Shown piece by piece: positions 36,290 to 50,509 of a DNA stretch of 64,000 nucleotides. Each line of letters starts with the position of its first letter. Positions within the stretch are counted from its first letter, which is position 1. Position numbers and translations under genes: made by a program. The notes under the pieces were generated by a model that was not told the DNA's origin, ran no database searches, and saw only the letters and a program-made list of their open reading frames with translations. The stretch spans positions 1 to 64,000 of the forward strand of contig NW_026250421.1 of assembly GCF_024521635.1 (NCBI RefSeq), given 5' to 3'. This DNA is from Tricharina praecox. Lineage: Eukaryota.

Positions 36290-39200
36290 GGCCCGAGACT
36301 GGTTTAACTTTGGCGACGATACGCCTTTTTCGAACGTGTTCTCAACTTAATGGAACAGACTTAGAACCAAACTCAGAGGGACAAAAAGCGAGAGAGTGCT
36401 CCGGGCTGCTGATGCATCTAGGAGAGGGGTGTGGGTGGGGGGGGGGAGGAGGAGCGATAGCGAGTATATGAAGGGGCTGGCTAGGGGTTGGTTATTTGCA
36501 GAGCAGTCCCTCGGGGATCCGTACGGTATGTGAGGATATCTACTATGGATCTAGGTATAGAGTAAGTAAGTTATCGAGGCCAGGAAGGTAAAGTAAACAA
36601 GCTAGCTCTTTACTATTTAGCAGCCTTAGCACGATATGCCTGTCCCATGCACCCGTGATGAACTCTGAGTGGTGGATGGCCATGGCACATGGCAACCAGT
36701 TCTTTTACGATGCGCCAAAAACACTCCCCCCCCGTGCACGCAAATCGTTTGGGCATGGCCAGGTGCGCCGGCTACCAGCTCGCCCGAAGTAACCCCGCAG
36801 CGCTATGGATCCACTGGGCGCTCTTGGCCCGGGGTAAAAGACGCGGAGAGCGGAGAACGGGCGGAGAATGACGTCGACGGGCAGCCCCGGGCGGCAGCTC
36901 AGACCCGGACCCTGTCGAGATCACGTGCGGCAGCCAACTAGCCTGGTTTCGGCAGGGCTACAACATGCGATGTCACTCGGATAGCAAGCAATGTGAGGTC
37001 GATCGTGAGGACGCCGCCAAAGAGGGGCCTAAGCTTTCAAAGAGTCGATACCAAGCATATCCCTAGATAGCTATCACCGCCAGACTGGCGGATGACCGGA
37101 AAGATGCCTGAAGATATCCAGTGCAACATATTTACATCACATATCACTCGTGTTATCGGACGGTGGGCCCTATCATCAAGCGCAGATATTGCTCTTCCGC
37201 ATGGAAACAATGATTAAACAAAGAAACGTAACTATTGCGCCTGCCCAGACACTAACCTTGTGCGGCCCCCACGGCCCGTTGCGCTCAACAAGCGAATACC
37301 AAGGAAGATAGGCGGTGATCGCGTGGGATACGGTACGGTACCGGTAGGCACCTACCATACCGTAGGTAAGTACTACTCCCACACATGGCGAAGGGTGTTG
37401 CGCATCGTCTTTTGCATAGCATATGTACCAGTCACGGATCTTAGCCACTATGCAACACCCGGACTCCACAGAAAGAAAGCCCTATGATATGACGAATGAC
37501 CTTCTCCTTTCCATGCACGGCAGAAGCGCATGACAGTTCGTACGCACGAACCGGAAGCGAACATTCTTCACATATTTAATCTATGCACTCGCAAGCAAGA
37601 GCCACACTCACACACCGAAAATCTTCGTGTATAGCGTGCTTGGAATATGTAATAATGTCAAGACTCGAGAGCGAGCGAGCAGCGGAGCGCTGCACACGCC
37701 GTCCCATCTTTTTTCTTTTTTTGCTTTCTTTCTTTCTTATTGTTTTTACGGCGAGGGATGGCCCGCGGCGCAGCGCAGCCCTTTTTCCCTTTTTCCTTTT
37801 TTCCCAGCCGCAGGATTGCAGAAAGTTCAGACTGCATGTTGTTATGTTGCAGAGTGCCCGCCCAGCGCCCGCAACTAGCCCCCAGCATGAAAAATCACAC
37901 CACATACACTACACTGCCAAACCGAAAATTATTCAAAGTCCAGACTCCGCGTAATATATATGATATGATATGATAGATGAACTGCGCTCCGGTCCCCGGC
38001 GCTTGTAACTATGTACGGTAGCACAGGAAAGATCAGAAGGATGTTCCTTTATCTGTGGCACCCATATTTAGATGTTGATGTTGCCGCGCTAAAGAATAAC
38101 AGTAACGGACCACGGTGCGATGTGCACACTGCAGTGTGGATATAAAAAACTAGTGCGAAAGTGCTGCGGAGTCGATCAAAGATGGATTCGTGCCACCAGA
38201 CCCTCACTTCGCTCGTCACGTGATGGGCGAAGGGTGCCAAAGGCGAGACAAGATCGAAGCGCTCTCGTATACAAAAAACCCGCTTCCTTGGTTGATTCTC
38301 AATGCACCTGAGCATTTCGATCCCGAGACTGTCGGATAACCCACACCGAGAAATTTGATTTTTGTAGGATCACGGCCTACCAGCCATGCCAGTCATGCCA
38401 GCGATAACCCTCTCGATCTCGGCGGTCTCAACTTTCAAGTTGAGCTTCATCTGCTGGCCACCCAACAAGCACAGCACTTCTTCAAGCCTTTCTTGCCCAT
38501 CCCGACGTGGTAACTGCGATGCTCCATACGGTATTCCGGCCAACACTGAACGGGATCGCCCGCGGCTCGTGGCCCGTGGACTGCCAGTAGGTATCCTTCC
38601 CATTATGCAGGTACAACTGTCCATGATGGGTGATTGCATTCGCACCCTCATGAACGAACGGCAAGGCCGTGCATGCCGTGCATGCCGTTCCTCTCTCCCT
38701 CCTTAGCTTCGGTGTAGGTACATAAGCCGGCGTCCTACATACCAGATGTGGCGTAGTATGTACCAATGCTGGCTGGAACTTGGACTTCCCGACAGCCCGA
38801 AGCCGGGGCCCGGGGCCTTTCGCGCCGTCCGTCCGTTCGTCCCTAAGCCGAAGCCGCTCGGGAAGTTCGTATTCCTCAAATCTGTGGGTTCGGCATCGGA
38901 TAACGTATCTAGGTATTAGTTGGGACCAGCGGGTGTGCCGAACTCACCTGGAAGTTCAGGTAGGTCGGTAGTGGCCATACTCCTCAATGCCGTAGAATAA
39001 TACCCAAAGCCTGCGTCTATGTTGCTTCCGAATCGATCGGTAGGTGTACCTGCTCCAGCTACATTGCCGCAGTACCGCTGTCAACACGGACGGCTGAGTG
39101 CGCAATGTGCTGTAGAATATCAATGACGTGGTGGGTTAGGTACTTCGGATGTCGAGACTCGAACTACCGTACCCACAGAGTAGATTTGCTGGTACCAGTA

Positions 39201-41261
39201 CGTACATCCGGGAGGAAAAGTAAGGAGGGATGTATGTAGGATATGATTATGTTCCGCTTGATTGCAAGGCTCGAGCTGCCTGAAGTAAGGGAGTGGTCCC
39301 AGACTCTCAGTATCCGAAGGGGGCTTATGCGTGTCGAGTGATAAGTATGATGTGGACGGTGTTTGCAGGGGCATCCGTGTGAGATCCGCCATGCTTGTTT
39401 GTCATGGGACGTAATCGCTACTCGAAACAAAGCCTTCCCCAACGTACTCTATTATTTATTGTGGAGACGGCAACAGCTTCAAGCCCTTCCCGCCCCCCGC
39501 CCTCTCCCCGTCCCTGTCGTTTTCATCCACACAAGGACAAGATGGTTTCTATATGGTGGCCCGTGGACCAGGAGGGTGACCGTTGCTTAAGTAGAGAGAT
39601 AAAGTAGGGTTGCCACTCGTTCGCTTCTTTTTTTCCTTCTACATGCTTCCCCGCAACTCCTTCAGCGGTGGCGACTCTCTACTCGAGGCATCTTCGCGAT
39701 GAGGTACTTCTTCCTACAGCTCCTGCATAAGTGCGAAGACACGGGTTTGTGTGTGTGTTTGAGCTGCGACAATCTTCTTCTCCATGATAGGTACCACGCT
39801 AATCGTCAACAGTTTTTGTTTACACCGCAGCAGCAGAGAGTCAGAGACATGATCGAACGCGAACCCCGGCCAAAAAGCCTCGAGTTTCATGATGAATGGG
39901 GGGCTCTGGATCATCCCGCTGAACTCGCCGTGATCGCGGATAACTACCCAGGCTACCTATCGCTTACTACATACACACATACATTGGATAACGAGCGGCC
40001 TCTCATCCCAAGGACAAACATGAGATGCTCTCCACACCGACATCTACATACAGACATACAGAGATACATACCGTACCTATCCAGGGAGTTCATCGGTGCG
40101 AACGGGGGGTCCAGTGACCACCAGCGGATGGCAACACCAAGCATTCGATCGAACTGCGCTCTTCGCAAACGCCCTTAGTGCAGGAGCACGCATCCGTGGG
40201 TATGGAATGGAAAACCTAGATAATGCTGTGTGCAGAAAGCTTCCAGCGGCCAGCAGGCAGCTCTCCATCCCCGATCCGATCCACACCCCTCCTCCCTGTG
40301 TTTGGACCAGGTTGGACGCAACGGTAGGTAGGTATCTACTATCCAGCATCCCCCCGATCCCCCAAAACCCTGCAACGATGATGCAGTTGTTGTCAAGCAC
40401 ATCCCCTGCGGCCCTGCCTGCGGGGAGAAGCTTCGAGCATTGGATGCCGTCATCTTTGTTTGAACCGCAACGACCGAAGTCGGGAGCGACGTAGGCTTCT
40501 CGTTCCAAACATGCAGTCGGGCATACGGACGGACGGACAGGCGGGCAGAAACATTAGGGGAAGCTGGGATGGAGATATTCTTGTTGCGGGTTCTGCGTTC
40601 ATCCTGGACTTTCATGAGAAACAATAGGAAAGGCAAAACCGGTAAGCATACGAGGAAGAAAGCCTCAAGGAAGCACGTACTAGTTATACTCGGGCAACGC
40701 AAGGGGAGTACTATATACGACCTATAGCGCAGTGACTACAGCAGCTACGACTAACGAGGACGCGACGAAGAAACGCGGAATTGCCGACTCAAGGTGTCTT
40801 CAGTGCGCGGGTGGCTGTCGAAAAGCCGCACTGTGGTTTGGTTGGAGCTCCGGAATTCGGAAGGGCAACGGTGGGTTAAGTCCCGGTATTCCATGTGGGC
40901 CCGAACTCGAATGCGAACGCTCTGTTTGCAGAACATAACGATGGGGGTTCCTATAGCACTATGGAGACCGCTTTGTTGGTAGGCTCCCGTCACGGCGCCA
41001 TGGCTCACGACATCTGACTAACTGGTTCCATCCAGGCCTGGGCAATCCGATGGCACCAAGCTGCTCTGCCGCGTCGGCGTGCTTCCGCCCCTCCATTGCC
41101 GAGTGAGAGGCCACCTACCGTGCCAACAAAATCTTTCGTCGTGCCGATAGCCTGATACATGTACGGCAACCAACAAGCACTAGTTACTGGCTGGAGAATC
41201 AGCATCCAGTAGCAGAATACCGGTAGATACGTGAACGTCTAGCCCACAGGACGACCACAAT

Positions 41262-41269
41262 TCTCTCTT

Positions 41270-41314
<45 letters not shown>
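41262..41314. repeat. (CT)n microsatellite
   Basis: Long CT dinucleotide run. Confidence 0.92.
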
Positions 41315-41317
<3 letters not shown>

Positions 41318-42695
41318 CCCACGCTGTAAGTCCCCGGCCACGAACGAGATTAAGACCCGAATCCACGAAGGGTTGCAATATCGGTTAATTCTCGCTTCTC
41401 TGCAACATCGACCACCAATCTGCGAAAGCGCCGTTGGCGGCATCACTGGTCTGGCACGACGCGCAAGAAGAGAAGGTGGTGCAGCTGGACGACGGTCGGT
41501 CGAGATGGAAGAGATCCGGGACGACAGGGTGTGTGTGTGTTTGGCTGGCGAGTGGCAGCGCTCTGGACCACGGACTGTTTCCCGCGGCCGAAACCGAGCT
41601 GGATGAGGGAAGCAGGTATGTGGTACCGTGGTTGACGGTCGACGGAAGGAGTGCGCATACGCATACTATATAGACGGGGAGCAAATCCTCATCGTCGGAG
41701 CGGGACCGTGAGTGTGTGACTTCTGCTTGCGGGCAGGTTGAGGGAGCTCGAAAGAAGCTGCAGAGCCTCGACAGAGCCTCGATAGAGACTGGTGTCTCAC
41801 CAACAGCGGGAACCCCTGCCCGGCTTCAGGAAACCCTACGACAGCATCCTCGTTGGCTCCACTGCTGCACTGCAGCTTCTCGACAGTTCTGCCCCTTGCA
41901 GTTCGTCAGGAGAACTTCCAACAGCGCGCGAAGCCGACCGTACCAAGTAAGTACTCGTACCCGCCGGGCAGGCTCTCGAGAACACGCCCGTCAATAACCA
42001 ACGGCCACGGCGGCATGGAGGAAAGCGCAGTGGAGAAAAGGAAAATGGAAAGGAAAAGGAAAAGAACGACAGAACAACAGAACAAAAGAGCGAAAGAAAC
42101 AAAGGAAACAACAGAAACAAAAGAAAGAAACAAGAAAATGTGTCGGTCGGTGGTGGTGGCCGAGACGAAACCGAACAACTGGCATCGCGAGCCTCGCGTG
42201 GTCAAAGGCCTGGGGCCCATGGCCAGTCAACCGGACGTTTGTCCTCGCATTCTGGCCGTGCCTGCCTGGTGCTTCATCTCCGCTTCCACCACCTCACCTC
42301 ACGTCTACCCACACGTAGCGATGTAGGCTCATGTCGCCCCCACAAGTTCTCCACACACAAGCCCCTTGGAAATTGCTCTAAGCAGTTTGCGTCACTGCGA
42401 AGAGCATCATTTTGTGAGATAGTGGGATCTGTGGCACCCACATACGGTAGGTTGGCTGGTCACCGGCGCGAACGTACAGTATAGAGTATCTAGTACACAT
42501 CTGGAGCATACACCATCCGCATGCTAGGTAGATACATATCCTATCGATTCCCTCCCTCCCTCCCTCCTCCTCCTCCCCCAGAATCCCGCCCACCACCACC
42601 ACTACTACCACCACCCTTTGGCACCACCGCACCTCCGCAACCACCGCACCTCCATATCACCGCATCACCTCGATCCCAAACGGCCAAACTCGAAT

Positions 42696-42738
42696 TGTGT
42701 GTGTGTGTGTGTGTGTATGTGTGTGCGTGTGCGTGTGT
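42696..42738. repeat. (GT)n imperfect microsatellite
   Basis: GT/GC dinucleotide run upstream of the gene at 42962. Confidence 0.88.
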
Positions 42739-42961
42739 TGTTTCACGTCAGAGCCTACGACATTGCTCATCACCACCACGCCCCAATCATTGGGCCACGA
42801 AGCGCCGATTGCACCGATACGGCCTCAACTTCGGTCTCTGGGATTGGGTCGCTGGGACTGCCTTCTCGCGCTCGTCATTGGTCGTCCACCATCGTTCATT
42901 CCACACCTCCGCACCTCCCACAACACCAAGCTGTTAAACGCCCAGCGTATAAATCCGCGCA

Positions 42962-44671
42962 ATGCCTGCTACGACAATTCCCACCCCGAAAACACGCGGA
43001 TCGTCCCGGGGACATGCCCCCGAAAATCCAACAACAGCAGATTCTTCGTCGCAGAACATCGAGATACAGCGACAGTCCCTGTACGGAGTCGTCAATTCCT
43101 CGACCGAATCCCTTTGTACTGGGTACATGAAGGTCAACTGCTTTACCGGTACGGGTTCCAGCCGCAACGACAGCGTCCGTAGCGCCATGAAAACAGCAGC
43201 GAGCCCATTGATGGACTGCACTGACTTTGACAGTCTGCCTCCCGCGGTAAAAAGAAAGGTTAGTTTCGCGATCGCGAGAGAGATGCGGACTGAGACATCC
43301 CTAGAAGCTTTGGATATCCCTCGCTTCGCATGCATGGGACTGTTTTACTGACTTTTTCGTTCGTTTTTCTTGCTTCAGTATTTCTCCTCGCTGGAAAGAT
43401 TACGATTTGCACAACACTCGGCCGCCCCACCGAAGTCAAGCGGGCATCTACGAAACCTGAGCAGTGCTAGTGGGAGGCTTATGGGCTCCAGGATGCGAAG
43501 TAGGCCATCCACCGATAGCTCGCGCAATCAGTTCCGGAAACATCGCAACGCGGCGGACGCGTTCGTGCTCTCTCAGAGCGACGCCCAATGGTTTTTGGAA
43601 CTACCGGAGAACATCCGAAAGAAGCACTTCTCGAGGGAAGAGCGCATATTACTGGCAACCAAGTGCGAGAGTATCATTGTGGATGCCGCAGACGAGACCC
43701 TATACAGAATGAATTGCCGGCCAAAGAGCATGGATAGCATATCGACGACATCCGATATAGGCTCACTGTACCGGCCTTCATTCGAGTCGGACGTGATAAG
43801 GGCTAGGGAAGAGATGCGAATGTCGTTCCGGTGGATGGAGGAGGACGGTGACTTAGACCTGCGCCTTCAGCCGTTCCAAGAACGCGAGGTGCATTCGGCG
43901 CCGCCACCGAGGAACCGGAAACGGCGCACTCTGTCGCTGTCCTCCAAGAGAACCAATAGCTCGTCCTCCACCGCGACCGCGACAAGCTTAAGCCGACCGT
44001 GCCTGAGTCGGCGTGCTGCTTCCACCCCGAAGTCTTCTGGCGCGCCGCCTTCTTCGGCGTTCTCGTGCGATTCCGAGGCCACCTACTATCAAGACCCCGA
44101 GGCACGACTTAAACTACGAGTATATCTCGCTTCACCCCAAAAATTCGATGAGGCCATCGAATTTGGATTTCCATCTCAGACCGACGCGCATAACTTCTTC
44201 AAACTGCACCCAGGCATGCCCACCATCCGAAGAGTACCACCCGAAGATTCGGAGGACCCATTAATCGTCGACGATTTCTTCGCCGAGTCCGAGGACGCTG
44301 CGGAGCTTACCGACGACGACGAGGAGGAGGAGGGGGAGGATGCGGAGGAGGTGGCTGAGGTAGCCGACACGGTTCCCGAGTCACCGATGCGAATGCGAAG
44401 CAGTGGTTCGAATTCCTGCAGGGCACTCATTCCCGTGATTTTGGATCATTACCCGCACACTAGCCCGGGGAATCGCGAGATGACCTTGAAAATGACGCTC
44501 ACGCGGAAAGACCTGAGGGATGACGATGGCCGCCACGCGAGCAGGGACGGCGCCCTGGCATTGGAGGAACTTCCCCCGGAGGGCGAGCAATGCAACGTCG
44601 ATTGGGATGCCATCGACAAAGAGTCGGCATCAGGCCTCAAACGGCTCTGGCGGAAGGTGAAGAGGCATTGA
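42962..44671 (+). CDS. Conserved filamentous-fungal hypothetical protein of unknown function
   Basis: Intron 43259-43378 joins FDSLPPAVKRK|YFSSLERLR. Further conserved-looking blocks are LPENIRKKHFSREE, YYQDPEARLKLRVYLASPQKFDEAIEFGFPS and REMTLKMTLTRKDLR. The start could be a later ATG such as 43188. Confidence 0.82.
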
Positions 44672-47007
44672 CGACGACAAAATATTTTCTTCCAGTTTCG
44701 TCTCGCCGTTTTTTTTTCCCAGCCTTGTAATGGGCAGCACACGGGGGAGCGTAATTTGCTATTCTCTGTTTTTTTTTTGTTTCCTATCCGTTCATCTTCA
44801 TCTTCATCTTCAATTTTACATGGTTGGTCATCTGGGGGTTTTCGGAGCGGGAGTACAGCGTTGAATCTTGATGTTTTTGGTCTTTTTTTTTTGTGTTCCT
44901 TCCTTCCCCTTCTCATAAGTACTTTCTTTTTAACTTTTACCTACCTGCCATTCCATATTCTCTCGGAAATCATCATCATCTCTCCTACAGAAGATGTCAC
45001 TGCCACACGTCACTCATTGCGCGTTCGGTCGGTTGCATGCATGCCTTGCTTAGCACATTCCACTCTTTTGCGTATTACTCTACGTATTCCGCCTTTCCTT
45101 TGCTTTGCTTTCCTTATCTTTTGTTTCCGGGTTCGTAAACACAAAATTACGGCGCTTTTCCGGTCGGTCCTTCTTCAGGTTGTTTTTATTTTTCGATTCT
45201 TTTTGTTTTCTTAGGCAGATTTTCATATGTGTTGGGGGAAGGTGGGTGGGCTGGCGGGATGGTACTGGTATCGGATGCGGATGGGGGTTAGGTATTCTAT
45301 TCTATTCTATTCTATCGGTTGTGTGGGTTGTGGGGGAAAGGGAAAGGGAAAGGGGAGTTGAGTTCTTTTGGATGGATGGTCCCGAGCTCGGGAGGTTGTG
45401 TTGTATGTACATACATAAATGGACAAATATCTCGGACGTTGGTGCTTCACAGTTATCATACTCGGCATTGTCATGCTCGGTACATCGCAGTCGGTACATG
45501 TTACTCTATTTACCGTGAAAAGAGCTCGGGTTCGAAGAATCGTTGACATCTCCCACGTGGGGCGGTGTCGGCGGTGTGATCGACAGGCAGACAGGTCGAG
45601 TCAACGCTATATATGATAGGTACGGCAGTAAGGACTTGCACCCATCAACCATGTCTGTCGTCGGGGCCATCACCATTACCATCCACGTTTGGCTTGCCGT
45701 TTGCACACCTACCGCACTCAACTAGTACCTAGAGCTATCCTGAATACGATCCCCAGGGCCCAGTGGAGTTGCAAGCCACAGGGTCCTTCTTTCTCCACTC
45801 CCCAGGGTCCTGTCCCCACTCGCACCCACTCGCACCCGCGCACCCGCACTTTTTGGTTTTAGTTTTGGAATATCACTTCTGCTTTCACACTTTGTTCCAC
45901 ACTTTGTTTCTCACTTTTTCACTTCTGGGTCACATCGAGTGGTTATGTACTAGTTAGGCTCGGGGGTAGCATGTGGATCCCTACCATAGCACCGAGACTA
46001 ACTGCTCCTGCTCCTGCTCTGTAGTAGGTACCGTACTCTACTGGTACATACTCCGGATGGAGGCTGCGGCGGCGGGCGGGCGGTCGGGCTGAGAGTCTAA
46101 GACCGAGTGAACCACCACAACGCCCAAGGCATGATCTGCTACGGTACTACGCCGAATGTCATGATCTGCTACCGGTACTCTACTATATACAGTACAGTGT
46201 GATGTCCGAGCAAGATGATAGATCGATGTCGTGATTTGCGTCGTGTTGAGATCCGTGTTGAGATCCGTGTTGAGACCTCCGATCGAGACCTCCGATTGGG
46301 CGCGGGTTGGGCGCGGGTTGGCGGGTCGGTGATGATCACGGATGGTCGGAGCAGGCGGAGGAGGGGGAGGGGGGAAAGGGAGGGTTCAGACTCGTCACTC
46401 GTGGAGGTGATGGCTGCTGCTGCGATAACCTCTTATGTATGTCACTTATACACACATACTCCAAATTGGGTGAAGACGGAGGGCTTCAATCGTACGACCG
46501 ACTAACTATCTGTCCGTCGTAAAGCCCACAACCACGGCGTCCCACATGGTCAACTGGTCAACTGGTCATATGGTCTGGCTCCAAACCGGTGGCTGCTCTA
46601 TAAGACTGTAATCACCCACCTACATGTACCCACCCAGCACTGTAGTTAGTCGATTGTGGAGACATCGAGATCAGCAATTTCCTTCGTCCTGGCGCCATAC
46701 ATAAGTATGCATCCGAGCGGCTTCTGCACTTGGCACACGGTGGCGGCGGTTGTCGTGGTTAACCAACCAATACCATCCAATACCATCCAATACCAAGGCG
46801 TTGCTATAGGTAGTGTCGGGAAGTTCACCTCCGAGGGGCCTCGGGACTCCGGAGAGACGATGGATGGAGGATGGATGGAGGCTGAGCTGGTTGTGTGTGT
46901 TTTGTTTTGTTTGTGTGGATTGGCGATGGGTGGATGGGGAAGGATGTTTGTTAGTTAGTCGGGGTACGGTAGCTAACGTGGAGGGGTGAGGAGCAGGGAA
47001 TCGGAGG

Positions 47008-47550
47008 ATGAGGGGGAAGGGGAGACGGAGGACGAGGACTGTTCCTTTTAATCGAACTATGGGCACCTGGCAGGCCCTCCATCCATCCCTACCTACGAAT
47101 GTCACCGGCCATCAACCCTTCAGTCTTCAGCCGGCGTTCCCATCCCATCACCGCAGCATCTACCTACCTAGGCACGTATTTACCGTAGCAGCTCTCGCTC
47201 GACGTCCAAACCCGGGCCCAAACTCGGCTACCCATATAGCCGAACGCATATTGGAATCCAATAAGTTGCTACATAGAGCAGTTACCGAGCAGAGTGCTCG
47301 GATCACCAGTCTTCTGTCGGCGATAGAGTGGGGGTTCAATCTCGAGAGTCGAACCCCCCCGGCCCGACCCGGCGCCGGCTCCGTCATACATCACTACTCG
47401 GCGTTTCTGGATTGCTTGCGGAATGTACTGGTACCTGTGTATGGTGTTCGGATGTCCGTCGAGACGTGGGGACTGTTGCGTGGGATATGGCCGAATTCTT
47501 GTTGTCGCAAGTTGGAACGGGCGTTGTGGTCGGGGGAAGGTTGTTGGTAA
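47008..47550 (+). CDS. Possible orphan protein
   Basis: A 180-codon ORF of normal complexity in an otherwise repeat-rich intergenic region. An upstream GCTAAC...AG may be an acceptor. No recognisable domain. Confidence 0.3.
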   Translation: MRGKGRRRTRTVPFNRTMGTWQALHPSLPTNVTGHQPFSLQPAFPSHHRSIYLPRHVFTVAALARRPNPGPNSATHIAERILESNKLLHRAVTEQSARITSLLSAIEWGFNLESRTPPARPGAGSVIHHYSAFLDCLRNVLVPVYGVRMSVETWGLLRGIWPNSCCRKLERALWSGEGCW

Positions 47551-48378
47551 GTTCTCGGTTCGGAGCAGCATTGACTTTCGACGATGGGATACCGTGGTTC
47601 GGATGGAAGAATATGTAGAAGACTTGCGGATAGGTATACTTGGTACTATGTATACTTGCCACCGTGCAATATCGGTTCGTCCCAGGCAACGGCACCCCTC
47701 ATGTGCGCGTCATCAGGGGTTTGGAGTACCGGTAGCATCATCACGCAACGTTTCGTCTCCCGTCGAGTCAGAAACGCCGCGACGTGGTTGACCAGGTACT
47801 ATGTAAGGCATGTTACTGTACATATGTGTGTACGGTACATATCGGTTCTGTGGTTACTCTGCAGGCGAAACGCCCTGGCAGGACTGGTGATGCTACTCTA
47901 ACTAACGTAGATTTGATAGTAACTGTACCTAGCAGTGCCGCCAGATAGCAGACGCCCTTCAGGATTCCCCCCCTGAGCTTCCCTGCACCCCTGGCCAATG
48001 GCTCAAGGCGTCCAGCCAACCGTAGCCCTGTTGTGCTTTTTGGCCGCCAGTTTGCCTCCTCCTCCCTGCCCCAAGAATCCTGCTACGCCTCTGGTTACGG
48101 ACACCGTTCGACCAAACCGACTTCGATACACAACGCTCATTTCAACAACCCCCCCACCGAGGGATAGTTACCTACTCCAACGACGAGGATCGACGTACTA
48201 CACCAATACAGCAATATGATCTCTTGATTGGACTCGCTCTCTCAACACACTCATTTAAAACTATAACACTCCTTACAACAAATATCACAGTCCTTCTTTC
48301 TCTCATTTCAAAAATCAGTTGCGCCGGTCGCATTCTCGGAGTCGGGGTTCTATACATACATACAATAACACAGTCCTT

Positions 48379-50509
48379 ATGTCGGTTTTGACGCTTTGCA
48401 ACACGCGATCGCTCGGTGCACATGCGGTGGTGGTGGTGGATGAGGACTCAGGAGAGCAGGCTCTGAGGTCTTCGTGGGAGGGGGGATACGACGACGAGTA
48501 CGAGGACGATGAGGAGGAGGAGGAGAAAGGAAGGGTGACGCCGTTGGCAGACGAGGAAGGATCAAACGTGTCGACGAAACAGCTGGCCCTCATCTACTCG
48601 CTCCAGCTCGCAGAAGCGTACGTCCCACACTGTCTCTTCGCATTGCCTTGCACAACACCACCACCACCACCACCACCACCACCATATGCTCCACTGCACA
48701 CTCCCCGGGTTCTCGCGCTTGAAATCGGATGCACGAACCAAAAACTGACAACACCCTGAACACAGCATCGTGGCGGCCAGTTTACAGCCTCAGCTGTACG
48801 TGCTGCTGAGGAGCGAGAAGTGCGGAAGTGTCAATTCGGCATACTATACGGGACTGGTCGAGGCCATCTTCGCCTTCGGCTCGCTAGCCGGTACGTATTC
48901 GGCTTGCTTGAATTGGTTGGGGCCGCTTCGACTGACGACGATTATGCAGGTCTCTTCTGGGGACGGATTGGCGATCGACGAGGTCGCAAACCGATAGCGC
49001 TGATTGGCATGCTCGGACTCTCGATGTCCTGCGTAGCGTAAGGACCACCACCACCTTTATCATCATCATCATTCCTCTTGCGATGATTCGCCCGGTTGTT
49101 TTTTCTTCTTTTTCTCGGCATGTGCTCACATTGTGGTGATCGCGGTGTAGCATGGGATTCAGTGACGGCATCTTTACGTGTGCGCTGATTCGCGCATTTG
49201 CCGGTGTTATGAGCACGTCTATTCGGGTTGCCATGAGTATGTGGTTGATATTTCCCTCTTTCGGGTGAACGGTGTGGTTAACAATCATGCAGGCACCATG
49301 GTTGGAGATGTCAGCGTCTCGTCCCGTGCCAAAGCGCGCAACTTCTCCAGATTCCCATTGATATCCACCGGCGGAGTCATTGGCCCGCTCCTACAGGCGG
49401 CCCTTGCGCATAGAGCCGGAGACAGCGCATTCTGGCAGAGATTCCCGATTCTGAGCTCCCAGCTGGCATGTGCCGGTCTGATGCTCGTGCTATTCCTGGT
49501 CAACCTGGTGCTTCTGAAGGAGGTATGTACTGCAGCAGTCTCCTTCGATAAGGTTATCCCCCGAGCGGTCATGCTAAGCGATGTATAGACACTCCCGCGA
49601 GCTTCGGAAAGCGATCTTGACGAGGAAAAGCAAATCTTCACGTTTGGCCGCCGCAGGGGCAGCGAATCCTCTGATGAATTCGGCGAGCAGGACGCATTCC
49701 TCGGCCAACACACCAACAAGAACACCAGCACCACCAGCACCACCACCAGGATTACCGAATCCAACGATACGATTCAGCCAATCCGTCTATCGGATATTAT
49801 CCGTGCACCCAGCTTGATGCTCATCGTTGCATCGTACTCGTTTCTCTCGGTGCACTCTGCGTCTTTCGATCAGCTGCTGCCACTTCTGGGTAACTCTTCG
49901 ATCAAGCACGGCGGTCTCGGATTGCCATGTGCGTTCATTTCGCTGGTGGTTCTCTTTTCCAGCATCGCGGCCGGTGTTGTGATCCTCAAGTTCTTTGAGA
50001 GGTCGGTGCAACGACTGGGGCTCCTGCAGTTGTTCCGTCTCTGCAGCTGGGTCTTCCCGGTCATCTACATCCTGACGCCCCTGCTCTCGAAGCTGGCACA
50101 AGGATCGCAAGCGGGAATCATCGTCGCGTCTGCCACTTCCGTATTCGCCAAAACCCTAGTCACTAAGTTCGCGCAGACACTCGTGCTCGTGCTCGTGACC
50201 AGCGCCTCGCCAGACTCCTACAGCCTGGCGACCATCATGGGATTCATGCAGTGCGCCAGCGTATTCCGCAGTCTGGCGGTCGCGGGCACGGGAGTTGCGT
50301 TCTCGCTCAGCGACGAGTTGAGCATTCAGACCACTAATTACGGCCTGTGGGGGACCATGGCGGCTATGAGTCTCGGCGGCGCCGTGGTTGCGTACTTTGT
50401 GCGCGATCATCCAACCGTGAGGGATTACCGCGACATCCTCAAGTGGGAGGTCTGCTACGATTCTTCAGAAGACTTGGGTTACGTGAGTGAAAAGGAATCG
50501 GAGGATTGA
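48379..50509 (+). CDS. Major facilitator superfamily transporter (DHA1-like)
   Basis: Six exons traced in frame. MFS motif A FWGRIGDRRGRKPIALIG, multiple hydrophobic helices and a central hydrophilic loop. The start codon is uncertain. Confidence 0.85.
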
